Source of the DNA: Felis catus
Lineage: Eukaryota
DNA length: 64,000 bases
Assembly: GCF_018350175.1 (NCBI RefSeq)
Contig: NC_058368.1
Coordinates: forward strand, 3,162,001-3,226,000
Reading direction: 5' to 3'
Shown: positions 1-12,569 of the stretch, piece by piece
How positions within the stretch are numbered: the stretch's first letter is position 1
Layout of the letters: every line of letters starts with the position of its first letter
Made by a program: the position numbers and the translations under genes
Notes under the pieces: model-generated
What the model saw: the letters and a program-made list of their open reading frames with translations, nothing else
The model's database searches: none
Told to the model about the DNA's origin: nothing

Positions 1-118
1 TGTATTCTGGACTCAAGTCTTTATCAGATATATGGTTTGCAAGTATTTTCTCCAATTCTGTGATTGTCTTTCCACTTTCTTGATGATGTCTTTTGAATCA
101 CAAAACTTTTAAATATAA
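1..118 (-). mobile_element. Ancient LINE-1 fragment (late ORF2 region), runs off the window edge
   Basis: Reverse complement reads ...caaaagacatcatcaagaaagtggaaagacaatcacagaattggagaaaatacttgcaaaccatatatctgataaag, typical of the L1 ORF2 3' region. Confidence 0.8.
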
Positions 119-119
119 C

Positions 120-123
<4 letters not shown>

Positions 124-154
<31 letters not shown>
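124..154. repeat. (TG)n microsatellite
   Basis: Direct reading. Confidence 0.98.
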
Positions 155-156
<2 letters not shown>

Positions 157-184
157 TTAACAGATTAGGGGGTTGAGAAATAAA

Positions 185-1497
185 CTCTTAATTTTATGGT
201 CAATTGATTTTTAAAAAGTGTCAACTTCAATTCAATGGAAAAAAGATACTCTTCAATAAATGCTGCTGAAATTTGGATATTCTATGTGCAGAAATATGAA
301 TTAGACCCTTCAAGCCATAAGCTAAAATTTCATTAAATTGTGTCATTTTTCTATAATTAAGTGTGAAAGCTACAAAACATCTAGAAGTAAACATTGGAGA
401 AAATGTAATATTGGCTTAAGATTTTTTAGACATGACACTAAAAGCTTCACACGTTACAAATAACACATTGAACTTCATGAATATTTAAAACTTTTTTTTT
501 CCTCTAAAGACACCATTAACAAAATGAAAAGACAAATCACCCACGAGAAAATAGTTGGAAATATTATCTTATCAAGAACTTGTGTACAGGCATATAAAAA
601 ACTCCTGCGGCTCATTAACAAGAAAAAAAAAACCCAGTTAAAAAAATCAACCAAAGATTTGAATAGACTTTTTACCAAGGAATACGAATAGCTAGAAAAA
701 ATTATTTATGAACAACTAATACGAAAATGCAAAGATGGTTAACATTGTCATTAGTGAAATGCAGATTGTACCCAAAATTCCACACATACACACCAGTTTA
801 TCCAAAAATATGACAATAGCAAGTGGAGATGTGGAGAAATTGGAACCCTCCTAAATTGCCGATGGGAAAATACAATGGTATAAGAACTATGGAACGCAGT
901 TTGGCAGATTTTAAAACAAATATTATTTTCCATATAGTTCACAAATTTCATTCCAAGAGTGTACCCGAAAGAAACAAAGGCTTATGTCTAGACAAAGAGT
1001 TGTATGCAAAAGTTTATAACAGTACTTTTCGTAAGAGCCAAAGACAGAATAATCCAAATATCCATCAACTTGTGGATGGGAAGAAACTGATATTTCCATA
1101 TAATGGAATACTACTCAGCAATAAAGAATGATACACGATTGGTACCTGCAACAATACAGGTAATTATCAAAAAGATTACGCTAAGTGAAAGAAGCCAGAA
1201 AAAAAGACAACACACTGTATGGTTCTAGTAATAAGAAATGTACGTATATGCGAAAACGTGCGTATGTCCGTAAACGCACATGTATAGAGACAGAGAACAG
1301 ATACAAAGTTGCTTGGGACCTAGATGGAAATGGGAATTGACTGCAAACCAGCACAAAGGAAGTCTTTGTAATGATGGAAGAGTTCTAAAGTTGTGTTGTT
1401 GTGACGACGGCACAACTATATAAATTTCACAAAAATCATTAAGCTGTATGCATACAGTAGGTTAATTTTTTGCCATTCAAATAAAGTTGTTAAAATT
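185..1497 (+). mobile_element. Ancient LINE-1 3' portion (end of ORF2 plus 3' UTR; L1MB/MC/ME-like)
   Basis: L1 hallmarks such as ggtcaattgatttt, aatggaatactactcagcaataaa and gctaagtgaaagaagccaga; ends aataaagttgttaaaa. Confidence 0.85.
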
Positions 1498-2009
1498 TTT
1501 ATCCTAGCCCCTCAAAAATTTAGCAATATTGGAAAACAAGTATTAAAATTCTAAGCGTGCCTGCTAACCATAAGACTAATAAAATGTTACCTATTAAATT
1601 TAGAAAATTGGAAGGAAGGAACTTTGTCCTTTGGAATGATATTTAACAAAGAGATGGATTGTCAAAAAAGTTGTACATTAACCACAAGCTTCAGATGATG
1701 TAACTCACTGAAAACCAAGAATAATACCATTAGCTTCTTTTTATTGAGTCTCATTCTGTTGGCCACATCACACACTTTCCTCATCCTATGGAAAACTGGA
1801 AAAGTAATTTACAACGCCATGAACTCGTGAGTCCCAATTTCTTCCATCATTTAAAGAAGTCTTGCTGTTTTCAATAAACATTACCATATTTACTTAGAAA
1901 CAAGCATTGCATATTTGCTAGGTAATAACGTGCACAGTAAACACTATTTCAATGCAGAATAAAAAGGCAAAAACACATTTATGTGAACGATGTAGATGCA
2001 ACGTGTTTT

Positions 2010-2238
2010 TCTTTAATTTTTTTTTAATTTTTTTTCAACGTTTATTTATTTTTGGGACAGAGAGAGACAGAGCATGAACGGGGGAGGGGCAGAGAGAGAG
2101 GGAGACACAGAATCGGAAACAGGCTCCAGGCTCTGAGCCGTCAGCCCAGAGCCCGACGCGGGGCTCGAACTCACGGACCGCGAGATCGTGACCTGGCTGA
2201 AGTCGGACGCTTAACCGACTGCGCCACCCAGGCGCCCC
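2010..2238 (-). mobile_element. Young felid CAN-SINE (SINEC_Fc-like)
   Basis: Intact A box (TGGCGCAGTCGG) and B box (GTTCGAGCC) on the minus strand, CT linker and A tail; perfect 16-bp TSD agatgcaacgtgtttt at 1994-2009 and 2239-2254. Confidence 0.97.
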
Positions 2239-2413
2239 AGATGCAACGTGTTTTAAGGCAATCTGAAGTTTTTAGATGTAAAATAATTTATACAGAGCTT
2301 CATAACTAGTCAGTGGCAGATCCAGGTCTAGAACTTTCTAGACAGGTACTTTACAACCACATATTTCCACTTTTGGCTTTGATCGGGTACTATATTTCAG
2401 AGATGCTAGAGAG

Positions 2414-3100
2414 CACTGTTTTGTAAAGTGTGGGTGACGACCCACTCACAGGTTGTGAAATCAGCTTGGGGAGTTGTGACTATCGGTTCTTTTAAATGAG
2501 AGAGAATATCAAAACAATTCACGATATGAGTCATAGGAAGCACGTTGTGGTAGAGAGTACCATTCTTTCAGAATCCTTCCTTCCTTTCCCGTTCTTGCTG
2601 TGACTTGGCCTTTGACGTTGGGCTTGGCTGTGCAATTTGCTGTGACGATGTGAACGTAGACCCAAGTGGCAGTGCACGGGTCTAGGCAGAGGCTTCAAGA
2701 ACATCTCGTGCCACTGCGCATGCTCTTGGGCACCTGTGCAACTCCACAAGAGAGGACTGTTGTCCAAGAACGGGAAACTGGTGAAGGAAACCTGATCCCA
2801 ACTCTTAACCTGGAGCCTGACCTGGAAGATCCTGTCCAGTCCCACTAGAGTCACAGCTGGTGCGTGTAACAACATTTGAGAAAGGCGCACTTGTTCGTGT
2901 AAGCCATTACAAATCGGGTTGTTTTTATGCAGCGTTATTATAGCAAAACCGATTAATAACCAAGCTTTAGTGTTCTGTCGTGAAACTTTTTATTGACTTA
3001 CGTGTATGTTTATATATTTGAATGGGGGGCCCTGCCTACAGTTGTGATATGAACTACACTTTATTGCAAGTGTTCGGTCAAAAATTTGGAAACCGTTTTC
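2414..3100. mobile_element. hAT-Charlie-like DNA transposon relic, split by a MaLR LTR
   Basis: Left end cactgttttgtaaagtgtgggtgacgacccac...gtgaaatcag and right end ggtcaaaaatttggaaaccg resemble degenerate Charlie-type termini. Confidence 0.5.
2546..2960 (+). mobile_element. MaLR solo LTR (MLT1H/I-like)
   Basis: Starts tgtggtag; MLT1-type 3' end gtaagccattac...gttgtttttatgcagcgttattatagcaaaaccgattaata. Confidence 0.7.
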
Positions 3101-4154
3101 TTAATCTCCTGAGAAGTAAAACTCCTTTTACCAGGAGGAAAATACATACTTCCTTCTAGGGAGTTAACAGCTGTTTTTGGCATATCACGTTGTACCTAGT
3201 GGTCAAGTTTCATGATTTTTCCTTCCAAAAAAATCTATGCTAGAAGTATAGTCAGGAAGGGGTCAAGAGTGTTGCCACAGAAGCAACTGGGTATCATCAA
3301 CAGTCTAGAGCCTGGAGGAGAAGAAAGCATCCAAGGGGGTCATAAGTAGTTCTATTTCTTCTCTCTCGAGGCGGTACCTGGGGAAGTCACTGTGGTTTGT
3401 TTCACGCACAGGCAATGAGTTTGTAGAAATGGTATCTCTTGATGACGTGTGGCCATCATAGGCTTCTGAGTTAGAAGTGTTCCAGAAACTGAATCACAGA
3501 ACCAGTGTGGCGATGATACGGGCCAATTAACTAAGAACTGCAAGATGTGGGTGGGGGGCGGGGTAGTCTCATTTCGATTTTTTTAAGCTCGTGGAAAAAT
3601 ACTGTTCTGTAAGAACTTCTTTTTGGTATAACAATATTTAAAGACCATATAGATAAAGGCAATTCTTTAGGTTTAAACTGTAGGAATGGCTCAATGATGT
3701 CTGCTAAGTCTCTCCTGCCAAGCAGGAAATCTTTGCATAGAAATAGCGCACCAAAGCTGGAAGTTGCTAGAAAAATTAAAGCGATCATCTGTGTACAGAT
3801 AGAATAGGTTTTAAAAAAGAATTTAATTAAGATTCTTTGTGTTTAATTTCTGATATAGGTCAGAGAAAAACACAATTTGCCTAATGTATCTATCAGTCTT
3901 ATGCTCTGATTCTGGGAATCCTAGGTATCAGCTAAAATAAATGAGATAGAGTAGATATAAAAATGCTTAAAATCTGATTAAGCATGATCACATGACCTAT
4001 TATGGCTGAAATGAAATGAATTCCATATAACTCTTAGTCTACGAATTAAATAAGGAACTTAACAAAATTCCAGAGAGAAGAGACTTTGGTTTTAATCTGA
4101 AACGTCAATTTGAGGAAGGGGTGAAATCACAGTTAGGTTCCTTTTTTACATACG

Positions 4155-4290
4155 TGACTCTTAACCTTGGCTGCAGAATGTAAGTGCTCCCACGGCCTGG
4201 GCCTTACCCCAGGCCCAACACTCAAAATCTCTGGGGTGTGGGACCAGTGCTGATTTCTTATGCAGCTGACGTTGAGAATCACGGCTTTAA
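4155..4290. mobile_element. MER5A-like hAT MITE fragment
   Basis: ctcttaaccttggctgcagaat...aaatctctggggtgtggg...gatttcttatgcagctgacgttgagaatcac. Confidence 0.65.
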
Positions 4291-4879
4291 ATATTTTAAA
4301 TAAGTTCAATAGAAACATTTTAGCATTTATTTGGAAAGTAGAAGTGATTCAAAAGATGATGTGAAAGTTGTGTAACCTTTTGCCTTCGTGGGGCTGAGAG
4401 GATGATTACAGCTATAGCTTTGGGGTAAACTTTTGAGAAGTTTGGATATTTTGTCCAATAGCTGATGACGACCACACGTGTTACTAAAATTGCATGGGTC
4501 CCCGGTGCTAGAGCATTTCCCATAGTGGGGTCTTCTAGATTTAGCTACCCCCATTCAGACTGGGAAAATGCTGGATCTGATCAGTGGCCTGAGTTGTTCG
4601 ATATTAAAAAAAACCACAAATTTTAAATAAACATAAAAATGATGGCAAACACCAAGTCTTATCGCTTGAGTCATTTTGGCCACACATCCTCTCAAGCTAG
4701 ACTATATACATGCTGAGGGGAAGGGAGGTTGCTGTTTTATGGCTATTTGAAGAATAATTTTCAACGTATTTCCTATTAAGATTCAATCTGTAACATTTGC
4801 CATATTTTTCAAATAATGCATTATCGTAACACTCTGTTTTGGAGAATCACTATGAGCTTTGGATATTAACAAGCGGGCT

Positions 4880-4955
4880 CTCTGTCCCACTTGTATCTGG
4901 TCCAACACCTGGCCCACAGTAAATGCTCAATAAATATCTGTTGACAAAGGAATAA
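4880..4955 (+). mobile_element. L2 3' end fragment
   Basis: acacctggcccacagtaaatgctcaataaatatctgttga. Confidence 0.6.
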
Positions 4956-5141
4956 ACCCGTGCAATGGATTTTAATGAATTAAATGTTATCCTCCGTTAT
5001 GTTCCCAAATTAAAGAGGAGCTCTCCCTCGTGGGTCTCCCTCCCTAGCTGTTTCTCCAACAGAAAGAGTAAACTGAATAAGGAGAAGCAATTTACGTCTC
5101 AAACTATCACCTAAAAATTGTTTTTTTTTAATTTGAGTTCA

Positions 5142-5375
5142 GGGGCATCTGGCGGCTCAGTTACATGGCTGACTCTTGCTTTTGGCTCAGGTCATGCTCT
5201 CCTGGCTTGTGGTTCATGGCTTGTGGGATCAATCCCCACAGGAGGATCTGCGCTGATAGCCCTGAGCTTGCTTAGGGTTCTCTCCCTCACGCTCTGCCCC
5301 TCCCCCATGCTCTCCCTCTCAAAATAAAATAAATAAATAAATAACATAAAAATAAAGTTAAAACAGATAAAAATA
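5142..5375 (+). mobile_element. CAN-SINE (older, diverged), next to a short antisense L1 3'-end remnant (about 5380-5440)
   Basis: ggggcatctggcggctcag head, CT linker, aaaataaaataaataaat tail. Confidence 0.9.
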
Positions 5376-5650
5376 AATTCGAGGACAATTGATACACAAC
5401 GTGACATTAGTTTCAGCTGTACAACTTAGTGATTTGCTACATTAATGTTATATAGTCACAGTCTGTATTTACTTATACATATATATGTATATATATAAAA
5501 TCACATAAAACATATACAAGATCTATATGTATATTAACCATATATTATATCATTTATAATAATTAAGGCTTACCACTCCGTTTCAAGGTGAGACTTTCCC
5601 TCCCTTGAGCCTTGGGAAAAACCTGCCTTAGAAGGAGTATTAATTCCTGC

Positions 5651-5651
5651 T

Positions 5652-5692
<41 letters not shown>

Positions 5693-5917
5693 TTTCTTTC
5701 TAATTTTTTTAAGTTTATTTATTTATTTGAGAGAGAGAGAGAGAGAACACAAGCCCGGGAGGTGCAGAGAGAAGGAGCGACAGAATTCCAAGCAGGCTCC
5801 ACACCGATGGCACAGAACCCGCCTCGGACTCGGGGCTCAAACTCACACACTGGAAGATCGTGACCTGAGCCGAGATCAAGAGTCAGAGGCTTAACTGACT
5901 AAGCTCCACAGGTGCCC
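5651..5917 (-). mobile_element. CAN-SINE with tail expanded into (TTTC)n at 5651-5700
   Basis: tttatttttgagagagag...atcgtgacctgagccgagatcaagagtcag...ggtgccc. Confidence 0.92.
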
Positions 5918-6736
5918 TGGTTCTGCCTCTTTCTTTCTCCTCTTCTTCCCTACTAACCAGTTGCAACTTTCAGGCACTAAGGAGCGGAACTCAGTAGGAG
6001 TTGGAACGTCAGTAGGATGCATGCCTTGTCTAAAATGATTTTAGTCAGGTTTTGGACCCTCAGAGCCTGGTAAGTTCGATCGCTCTCTCTCTCCCTCCCT
6101 CCCCACCCCCTTGGGCATTCTTTGATGAGCTCTGATCTGATCTCTGGAGCCTCTGACTTGCAGTTCTGATCCTAGTCTGTGCCCCCTTTTCTGACTGGTG
6201 CTCCGTGTACAGACCCAGGAACCTTGGAGTTCACCTCCAGCTCCTGTGGCAATAATGTCCCTTCTTCTCCAAATGTCCTTTCTGAGACAATCCACGCAAA
6301 CACATTTTTTCCCTGGCCTAGCCTAATATAGTCATGACTTCTCTGCTGCCTACCCCGGCCTCTCTCACTTCTTTGTGTCTGAATTTCCCAGCCAAGGCCA
6401 GCTGGGTGTCCGCCTTGGCGATCGCATAAAACTTCCCTGTGACATCTCCCTGAAGCCAAAGAGAAAACTCTCTTCATGTGGGTTGAAAGGTGAAAACTCC
6501 TCTTCCCAAAGAAAGCCTCTCAAAAGTCTTTCTGTTGAATTAGTAAGTGTTGGTAGAACCGTACAGGATGTGGCTCTCCCGTATTTGCTTTGAAAGTGCA
6601 TAAACTGGTCTGGAATTTCATATCTTCGCGCCTCGGTGTCTCAGAAACTTCTGGTTAGTATCTTATTGCATTATTATATGTATGGATATGTATGTGTCTG
6701 TGTACGTATGCGTGCATAATCAAAATTGCAACTGTC

Positions 6737-6944
6737 TGGCTCAGTCGGTTAAGCATCTGACATGAGCGCCCGACTTCGGCTCAGGTCACGATCTCACGGC
6801 TCCCAGGTTCGAGCCCCGCATCGGGCTCCGTGCTGACAGCTCAGAGCCTGGAGCCTGCTTCGGAGTCTGTGTCTCCCTCTCTTCTGCCCCTTCCCCGCTC
6901 ACACCCTGTCTCTCTCTCAAAAAATAAACACCAAAAATGTATTA
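6737..6944 (+). mobile_element. CAN-SINE (slightly 5'-truncated)
   Basis: tggctcagtcggttaagc...ggttcgagccccgc; TSD-like aaaattgcaa(c/g)tgtct on both sides. Confidence 0.93.
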
Positions 6945-7914
6945 AAAATTGCAAGTGTCTAAACAAAACAAATTATCTTTCTGTTTCACAGATTAGTTAT
7001 GGCAAAAAATTACCCATTGCAAAATAAATTCTATTGATAAGGGAATAGACATTTCTTATCTAGTTGCTGTCTACTTTGTGCAAAGAAGCCTCATTCCTTC
7101 TAGTTACTAAGCAGAATCACTGGTGAGGTCTTGCAATAAAACTGGTGTGGAGGCAGGTTAAAATCCAAGCTTACCCCAATTATGACAGGAATGAGCTCTT
7201 GCTAACCTCAGGCAAATTTTATCTCCATAGTCTTATGGTCCATGATAATTCTCACGTTCATTCACAAAAATGTCAAAAACAGCTATGAGGTGAATACGCA
7301 CCCTGCATTCCATCATGACTGATGTCTATTAACCTAAATGAAAATATGATCTCTGCTCAATATACAGATTTTGTTAGCAAACCCTGTTTTTTTTCCCACA
7401 TACAGCTTTCTGTGTCAAAGTTACATTAATTCAAATTTTTGAGTAGCAGAAACTGTTCTATAATCAGGTAAGCCTAGATCTCTTTGTAAGAAATAATGAG
7501 GGAAAGAATAAATAAATTAAAAAAAAAAGAACAAAGACAAGGCAAAAGAGAGTAGATTAGCATGCCAGATAAAACCCCTGATTAGCGATCGAAGATTAAA
7601 GATACGTCTAAAAAGCACGGAACCACCAACTCCCTCCGGGCGACATTGTAGGTAGCGTTAATGCCAGAGACAGTCAAAGAGAGAACAACGGGTTCCTAAT
7701 TTATACTAATTTGAGTAAGTCCATGCACTGACTTCCAAAAGCCTACTGTTCTAAGTCTCTTAGCCTTGTAGCATCTTTAAGGAAGCTGGAGACCAGAGCT
7801 TTGTGTACAATATTTATAGTTTGCTTTGTTTCCTTTTGCTTTGCTTTGCTCCTTTTGTTTCATTTATTTTGAATTGGCGAAGACCGAATGAAGGGCTTGA
7901 GAGAGTGCTTTTTA

Positions 7915-8110
7915 CTTTTATTTTTTTAAGTTTATTTATTTTGAGAGACAGAGCAGGGGAGGGGCAGAGAGACAGGGAGGGAGAGAGAGAGGATCCCAAC
8001 CAAGCTTCTCCAACAGCCCGGAGCCCGGGGCAGGGCTTGAACTCACGAACTATGAGATCATGACCTGAGCTGAAACCAAGGGCTGGACGCTCGTCTGACC
8101 CGGGCGCCCC
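7915..8110 (-). mobile_element. CAN-SINE
   Basis: tttattttgagagacagag...gagatcatgacctgagc...gggcgcccc. Confidence 0.92.
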
Positions 8111-10012
8111 AGGAGACTGATTTTTACGAGCTGTGGCTGGGTGGAAATCATACTAATACTGTGAAACAGTACAGGCCCCGTGCAAGTAACCCATAGGTGC
8201 CAGATAAAATAGGGGTGTTCGCTGAAATGTATTCTTCACCCCAACTTTTTCTTCTGGATAGTAGTCCCGGGGAGGACACAAACAAGTTTTAGGTCAGAAA
8301 ATACTTGCTTGCTACCGTATTCACGAAAACTTTTCCGGAACGGGTGGTTCGTGTTCTGTCTGGTTGGCAGTCAGAGTTGGTCTGTGTATCCTACGTGCAT
8401 TTTCCATCATGAGGAAGAGGGCCTTTTAAGTCCAAAGAGCAATGTTCTGGAGATCAGAGAAATTGTTTGCTTTTTCAACACTCTGCACAAAGCTTCCCGG
8501 GGCATTTCATCAGAGAGCCTGGCACCACCGATTTTAGCCAACTGGATACTCCCTTGCTTGACAAAGCTTTTTAACACCTTTGGTTTTAAATCCAGATGTG
8601 TTTTTCCACAAACACCTGTACTGTAAGTGAGAGCATTTTTTCCATAACTATGGAATAGTCAATGGCTGAGAATGCATGAACTAAGACAGGTACTGTACTA
8701 CGTAGAGAGGTATAGCCTCAGTCACCCTTTCATACAATTGCGATCCTTGCCCTTTCTCAGGGGCCCGGATTTGCAAGGAACCAGAATTCTAACACCAGAA
8801 AACAATACTTTGGTGTTTTTCCTCAACCATGTGACTTGGCAGCAGGTTTTGGGGTGCGAGCGTATGTAGTTATGATTATTTAAGATGACTACCAAAATAG
8901 AGGCTGCGTGAAGCACCTTGTAGGTGATTCTAACACCTCCTGCTAATGGTAGGAGTGACAACTGGAGAAGAAGAAAAGCAACTTTGGGGGACTCGAGAGT
9001 GAACAAAAAAATAGTCATTGTGAACACCACACCTGGTTCAGCAGGCTTGTCTCATTACCGCAACAGATACTGAAGGTTGGCTTTTTCCACAGTCCTTCCA
9101 ATTACTCCAGACTTGATCATTTTCTAAAATGTGGCTCCGGTACAGTTTTCATGGCTGCCTCCACCCAGCCCTCTGCGTCTTACCTCTGAACTCACGTGTC
9201 CTCCTGTATGGAGTTCACTTAGAAATTAGTCTAGTTTTGCCTTGTGAATTTCTTTTGTGTCAATTCTTCCCACACCCCCGGCCCCGCAAGCATCAGATCT
9301 CTTCATTTGAATCAGAACGAAGTCGTTTTGAGAAGGACTGTTTTCATAATCCTAATCCTACCCTGAGTCGTATTTTGCACATGGAAGGATTTTATGAGGT
9401 AGATTTTAAAAAGTCACTGATTTGGGTAACGATTAATCATCCGCTGGCATTTTGTAGGCGCGTCTTAAAGGACTCACCTTATTAGTTGCGGACGTGGTAG
9501 GTGTTACTTCCAGAATGTGGGAAGTGAGCTATGTGTGGAGCCAGGAATCACACCATTTCTTTCATTGAAAGGATGACCGTCTGAAAGACAGTGTTCAGCA
9601 AATACAGCTTGTGAATAATCAGAGGGAGCGAACACTACCATTATTTTCACAGTATAGGGTTTACCAGAAGCCCGTGAAAAGTATAAAATATCCTCCAACT
9701 TGCTCTTACGGCTCATTCTCAATTGGTTCAGTTGATCTCTTGTTGGGATATATATACAGACACGCAAGTTACTACTCTTTCTGGTGCTCTTTGCAGACCT
9801 CTGTGGAGGTTTGGTTGACAGTTTTCATACCTGTTTACATACATTCGATTGACTTTATCATTGTATTATCAACTTGTCTCAAAAGCAACTTGGGTTTTGC
9901 TTCTTATTAATTTAACACAAATACTCTGTTTGAAAGAGGATCTCGTTGCTGCCTTAACTACTTCAGTCTGTACTTTCTAACCAATTAAATTCTTGTTTGC
10001 AGCTTATCTTTT

Positions 10013-10316
10013 CTTATTTGTTTCTTTTTTTTTCTTCTCAAATGTGTATTTGAATTCTGGTTCGTTAACACTTCAGTGCAGTATTGGTTTCAGGAGTAGA
10101 ATTTAGTGATTCATCACTTACACGCGACACCCAGTGCTCATCCCAACAGGTGCCCCCCTTAATGCCCATCACCCGTCTAGCCCACCCCCACCCACCTTCC
10201 TCCACCAACCCTCAGTTTGTTCTCTACCCCAAAGAGTCTCTTATGGTTTGTTTCCCTCTTTCTTTGTCCCCTTTCCATATGTTCATCTGTTTTGTTCCTT
10301 ATATTTCACATATGAG
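10013..10316 (-). mobile_element. Carnivore LINE-1 3' end (L1_Carn-like), 5'-truncated
   Basis: gtttcaggagtagaatttagtgattcatcactta...cacccagtgctcatccc...aagagtctcttatggtttg; perfect 16-bp TSD ttgcagcttatctttt at 9997-10012 and 10317-10332. Confidence 0.92.
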
Positions 10317-10332
10317 TTGCAGCTTATCTTTT

Positions 10333-10566
10333 ATTTATTTATTTATTTTTTGTGAGAGACAGACGGAAAGACAGAGAGCAAGTGAGTGGAGGGGTAGAGG
10401 GAGTGGGGTAGAGAGAGAGAGAGAGAGAGAATCTTAAGCAGCTTCCATATCCAGCAAGGAGCCCAGTGAGGGCGGGGTGGGAATCCTCGATCTCATGACT
10501 GTGTGATCATGACCCGGGCTAAAATCAAGAGTGGAACACTTGACGGACTGAGCCACCCTGATGCCC
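10333..10566 (-). mobile_element. CAN-SINE (older subfamily)
   Basis: gagagaatcttaagcag...gatcatgacc...ctgagccaccctgatgccc. Confidence 0.9.
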
Positions 10567-10589
10567 TATGATAGCTTCTCTTTTAAGTC

Positions 10590-10959
10590 AGGCAGAGACT
10601 CTGCAGACAAGAGCAACCAGTAATGGAAACATCTGGCAATAAGGACAGCCCTGAGCCAGCAGGACTGTGTGATGGACCTCAGTCCATGATTGTCTCGATC
10701 TTTCTTGCTCTGCTGTATGTCCCCACATACCTTCCTCCCATTTTCTCCTTCTGTCAAGCTGGAATTATTTTCAGCACTTTGGAGACAGGCTTTGGGACAC
10801 TAGCCGGCTGTCTTCCCCATGTTGGCCTCCCTGGAATAAATCTCTTTCTTGTGTCCCCACCCCTCGTCTCTCTGCCTTTGGAATTTGTCAGTGTCGAGAC
10901 TGGTCTGTTTGGGGACCCCCAGAGCCTGCTGTGCTTGTGCCCTGGGCAAGCCAGTAACA
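10590..10959 (+). mobile_element. Probable ERV1-class LTR fragment
   Basis: AATAAA followed by tctctttcttgt...ctcgtctctctgcctttggaatttgtcagtg, ending in gtaaca as in LTR U5 termini. Confidence 0.55.
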
Positions 10960-11174
10960 TATTTAATGTTTAGCCTAATCGTTTTCACATGTCACTAAAA
11001 GCACTTCCAAGCGATTATGATTTATTCCGTTTTCAAATAGTATCTTTTCATTCACAAGGACAAGGGTATCAAATAAATTCTTAAATGCAATATAATTGTA
11101 TTCTTTTGCAAGCCTATGGTAAATATTCTTGGCATTCATGCCACTTACATACAGTTACATAATTTTGAAAAGTG

Positions 11175-11635
11175 CTGTATGTTTAGAGAGGTTTAGGTTT
11201 ACAACCAATTTAAGGGGAAGACTCAGTGATTTCTTATACATTGCCTGCTCCCACACGCGTAGACCCTCCCCATTATGAACGTCACCCACCAGAGTGCTAC
11301 ATTTTTTTTACCAAGGATGAGCCTACATTGACACATAAAAACACAAGGTTCATAGTTTATCTTGGGGTTCACTCTGGTGTTGTACATTCTTTAAAAAATT
11401 TTTTTAACATTTATTTATTTTTGAGAGACAGAGAGAGACAGAGCATGAGCGGGAGAGGAGCAGAGAGAGAGGGAGACACAGAGTCCAAAGCAGGCTCCAG
11501 GCTCTGAGCTGTCAGCACAGAGCCCGACGTGGGGCTCGAACTCACGGACCGTGAGATCATGACCTGAACCAATGTCGGATGCGTAACCGACCGGGCCACC
11601 CAGGCACCCCTGCTGTCGTACATTCTACGTATATA
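11175..11635 (-). mobile_element. L1MC-like 3' end interrupted by a SINE
   Basis: tttaggtttacaac...gatgagcctacattgacacat...ggggttcactctggtgttgtacattct. Confidence 0.75.
11391..11610 (-). mobile_element. CAN-SINE (SINEC_Fc2-like)
   Basis: Full head and tail; TSD-like tgt(t/c)gtacattct. Confidence 0.95.
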
Positions 11636-12569
11636 GTTATTTTTGATGTCATCTATCATTTCATAATTCTCTTAATAAAATATTTGAAAATGATCTATTT
11701 CTGATTCATAACAATTTTTACAGTATGACAAATGAAATAATGTTTTACTATAGTTGCTGGTTTATTTGCATGAATTCAGTCATCCTCAGATATGAATAGT
11801 TTGATAAAGGTGTACAATATGCAATAATAATCACATTTTTCATTCATGCTTGCATGAGTTCCACCATTCAGGACTTCTCAAAAGGAAAAAAAAAAAAACA
11901 AAGAGAAATGGGGTAATAAAAAAGGTGACCTCTCCAGGGAATTTCTCTGGTGTAGCATTCACACACACGTTTTCATCTCAAAGGCGATCAGGAACAGGAT
12001 GTCTGTCTTACATGCAGATGTAGATAACGACTAAAATAATCTGTGGTCACAGTTGTTAATTTATTGTGGAAATGTGTAATCTTCTCAGGGTTTTGAAATT
12101 AGTGAATTGTATGCTATATTGCTGTTTACTGTCTAAAAGTAAGTGAGCATATTTAAGAGTAAAAGAAATGTGAATCGGTACCGAATTGCCGGAAAGAAAT
12201 CGCAGGTTTAACCCTATAGGAGAGAGTTCCAATACTAGGAGCACATGGAGAGCTAGCTAGTCGTGAAAGTGGTCCTCACACCGGTGATTTTTCAAATCAA
12301 ATGAGTTTTTGTGCGATTTTTTTATTAATCGATGCTCTTCTCTGAATCAGCTTCTCCTTCTAAGGTACCTCCCTTTTGCTTTCCAAGCGCATGGCTGTAA
12401 CACCAGGGAACTCGCCATTTTCTTCACTTAAGCTTAATTAAGACTTAGAAAGAAAATTGAGTAGATGAACAAATTGGATGCTGATGAGAAGAGCATTGTG
12501 TAGAAAAGCAGCAGTGAAAATATCTTCATTTGTAATTGAACAATGTTAAATTGCTGCCTTAAGATCTAT

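Noticed and set aside
1..600. Twin-priming inversion of a single L1
   Set aside because: The antisense piece (1-118) and the sense piece (about 481-595) cover the same L1 consensus segment and are diverged, so they are two separate copies
2052..2309. ORFs overlapping SINEs (for example GAWVAQSV...SAQVMIS and ERERE peptides, recurring across the window)
   Set aside because: Generic CAN-SINE translations, not genes
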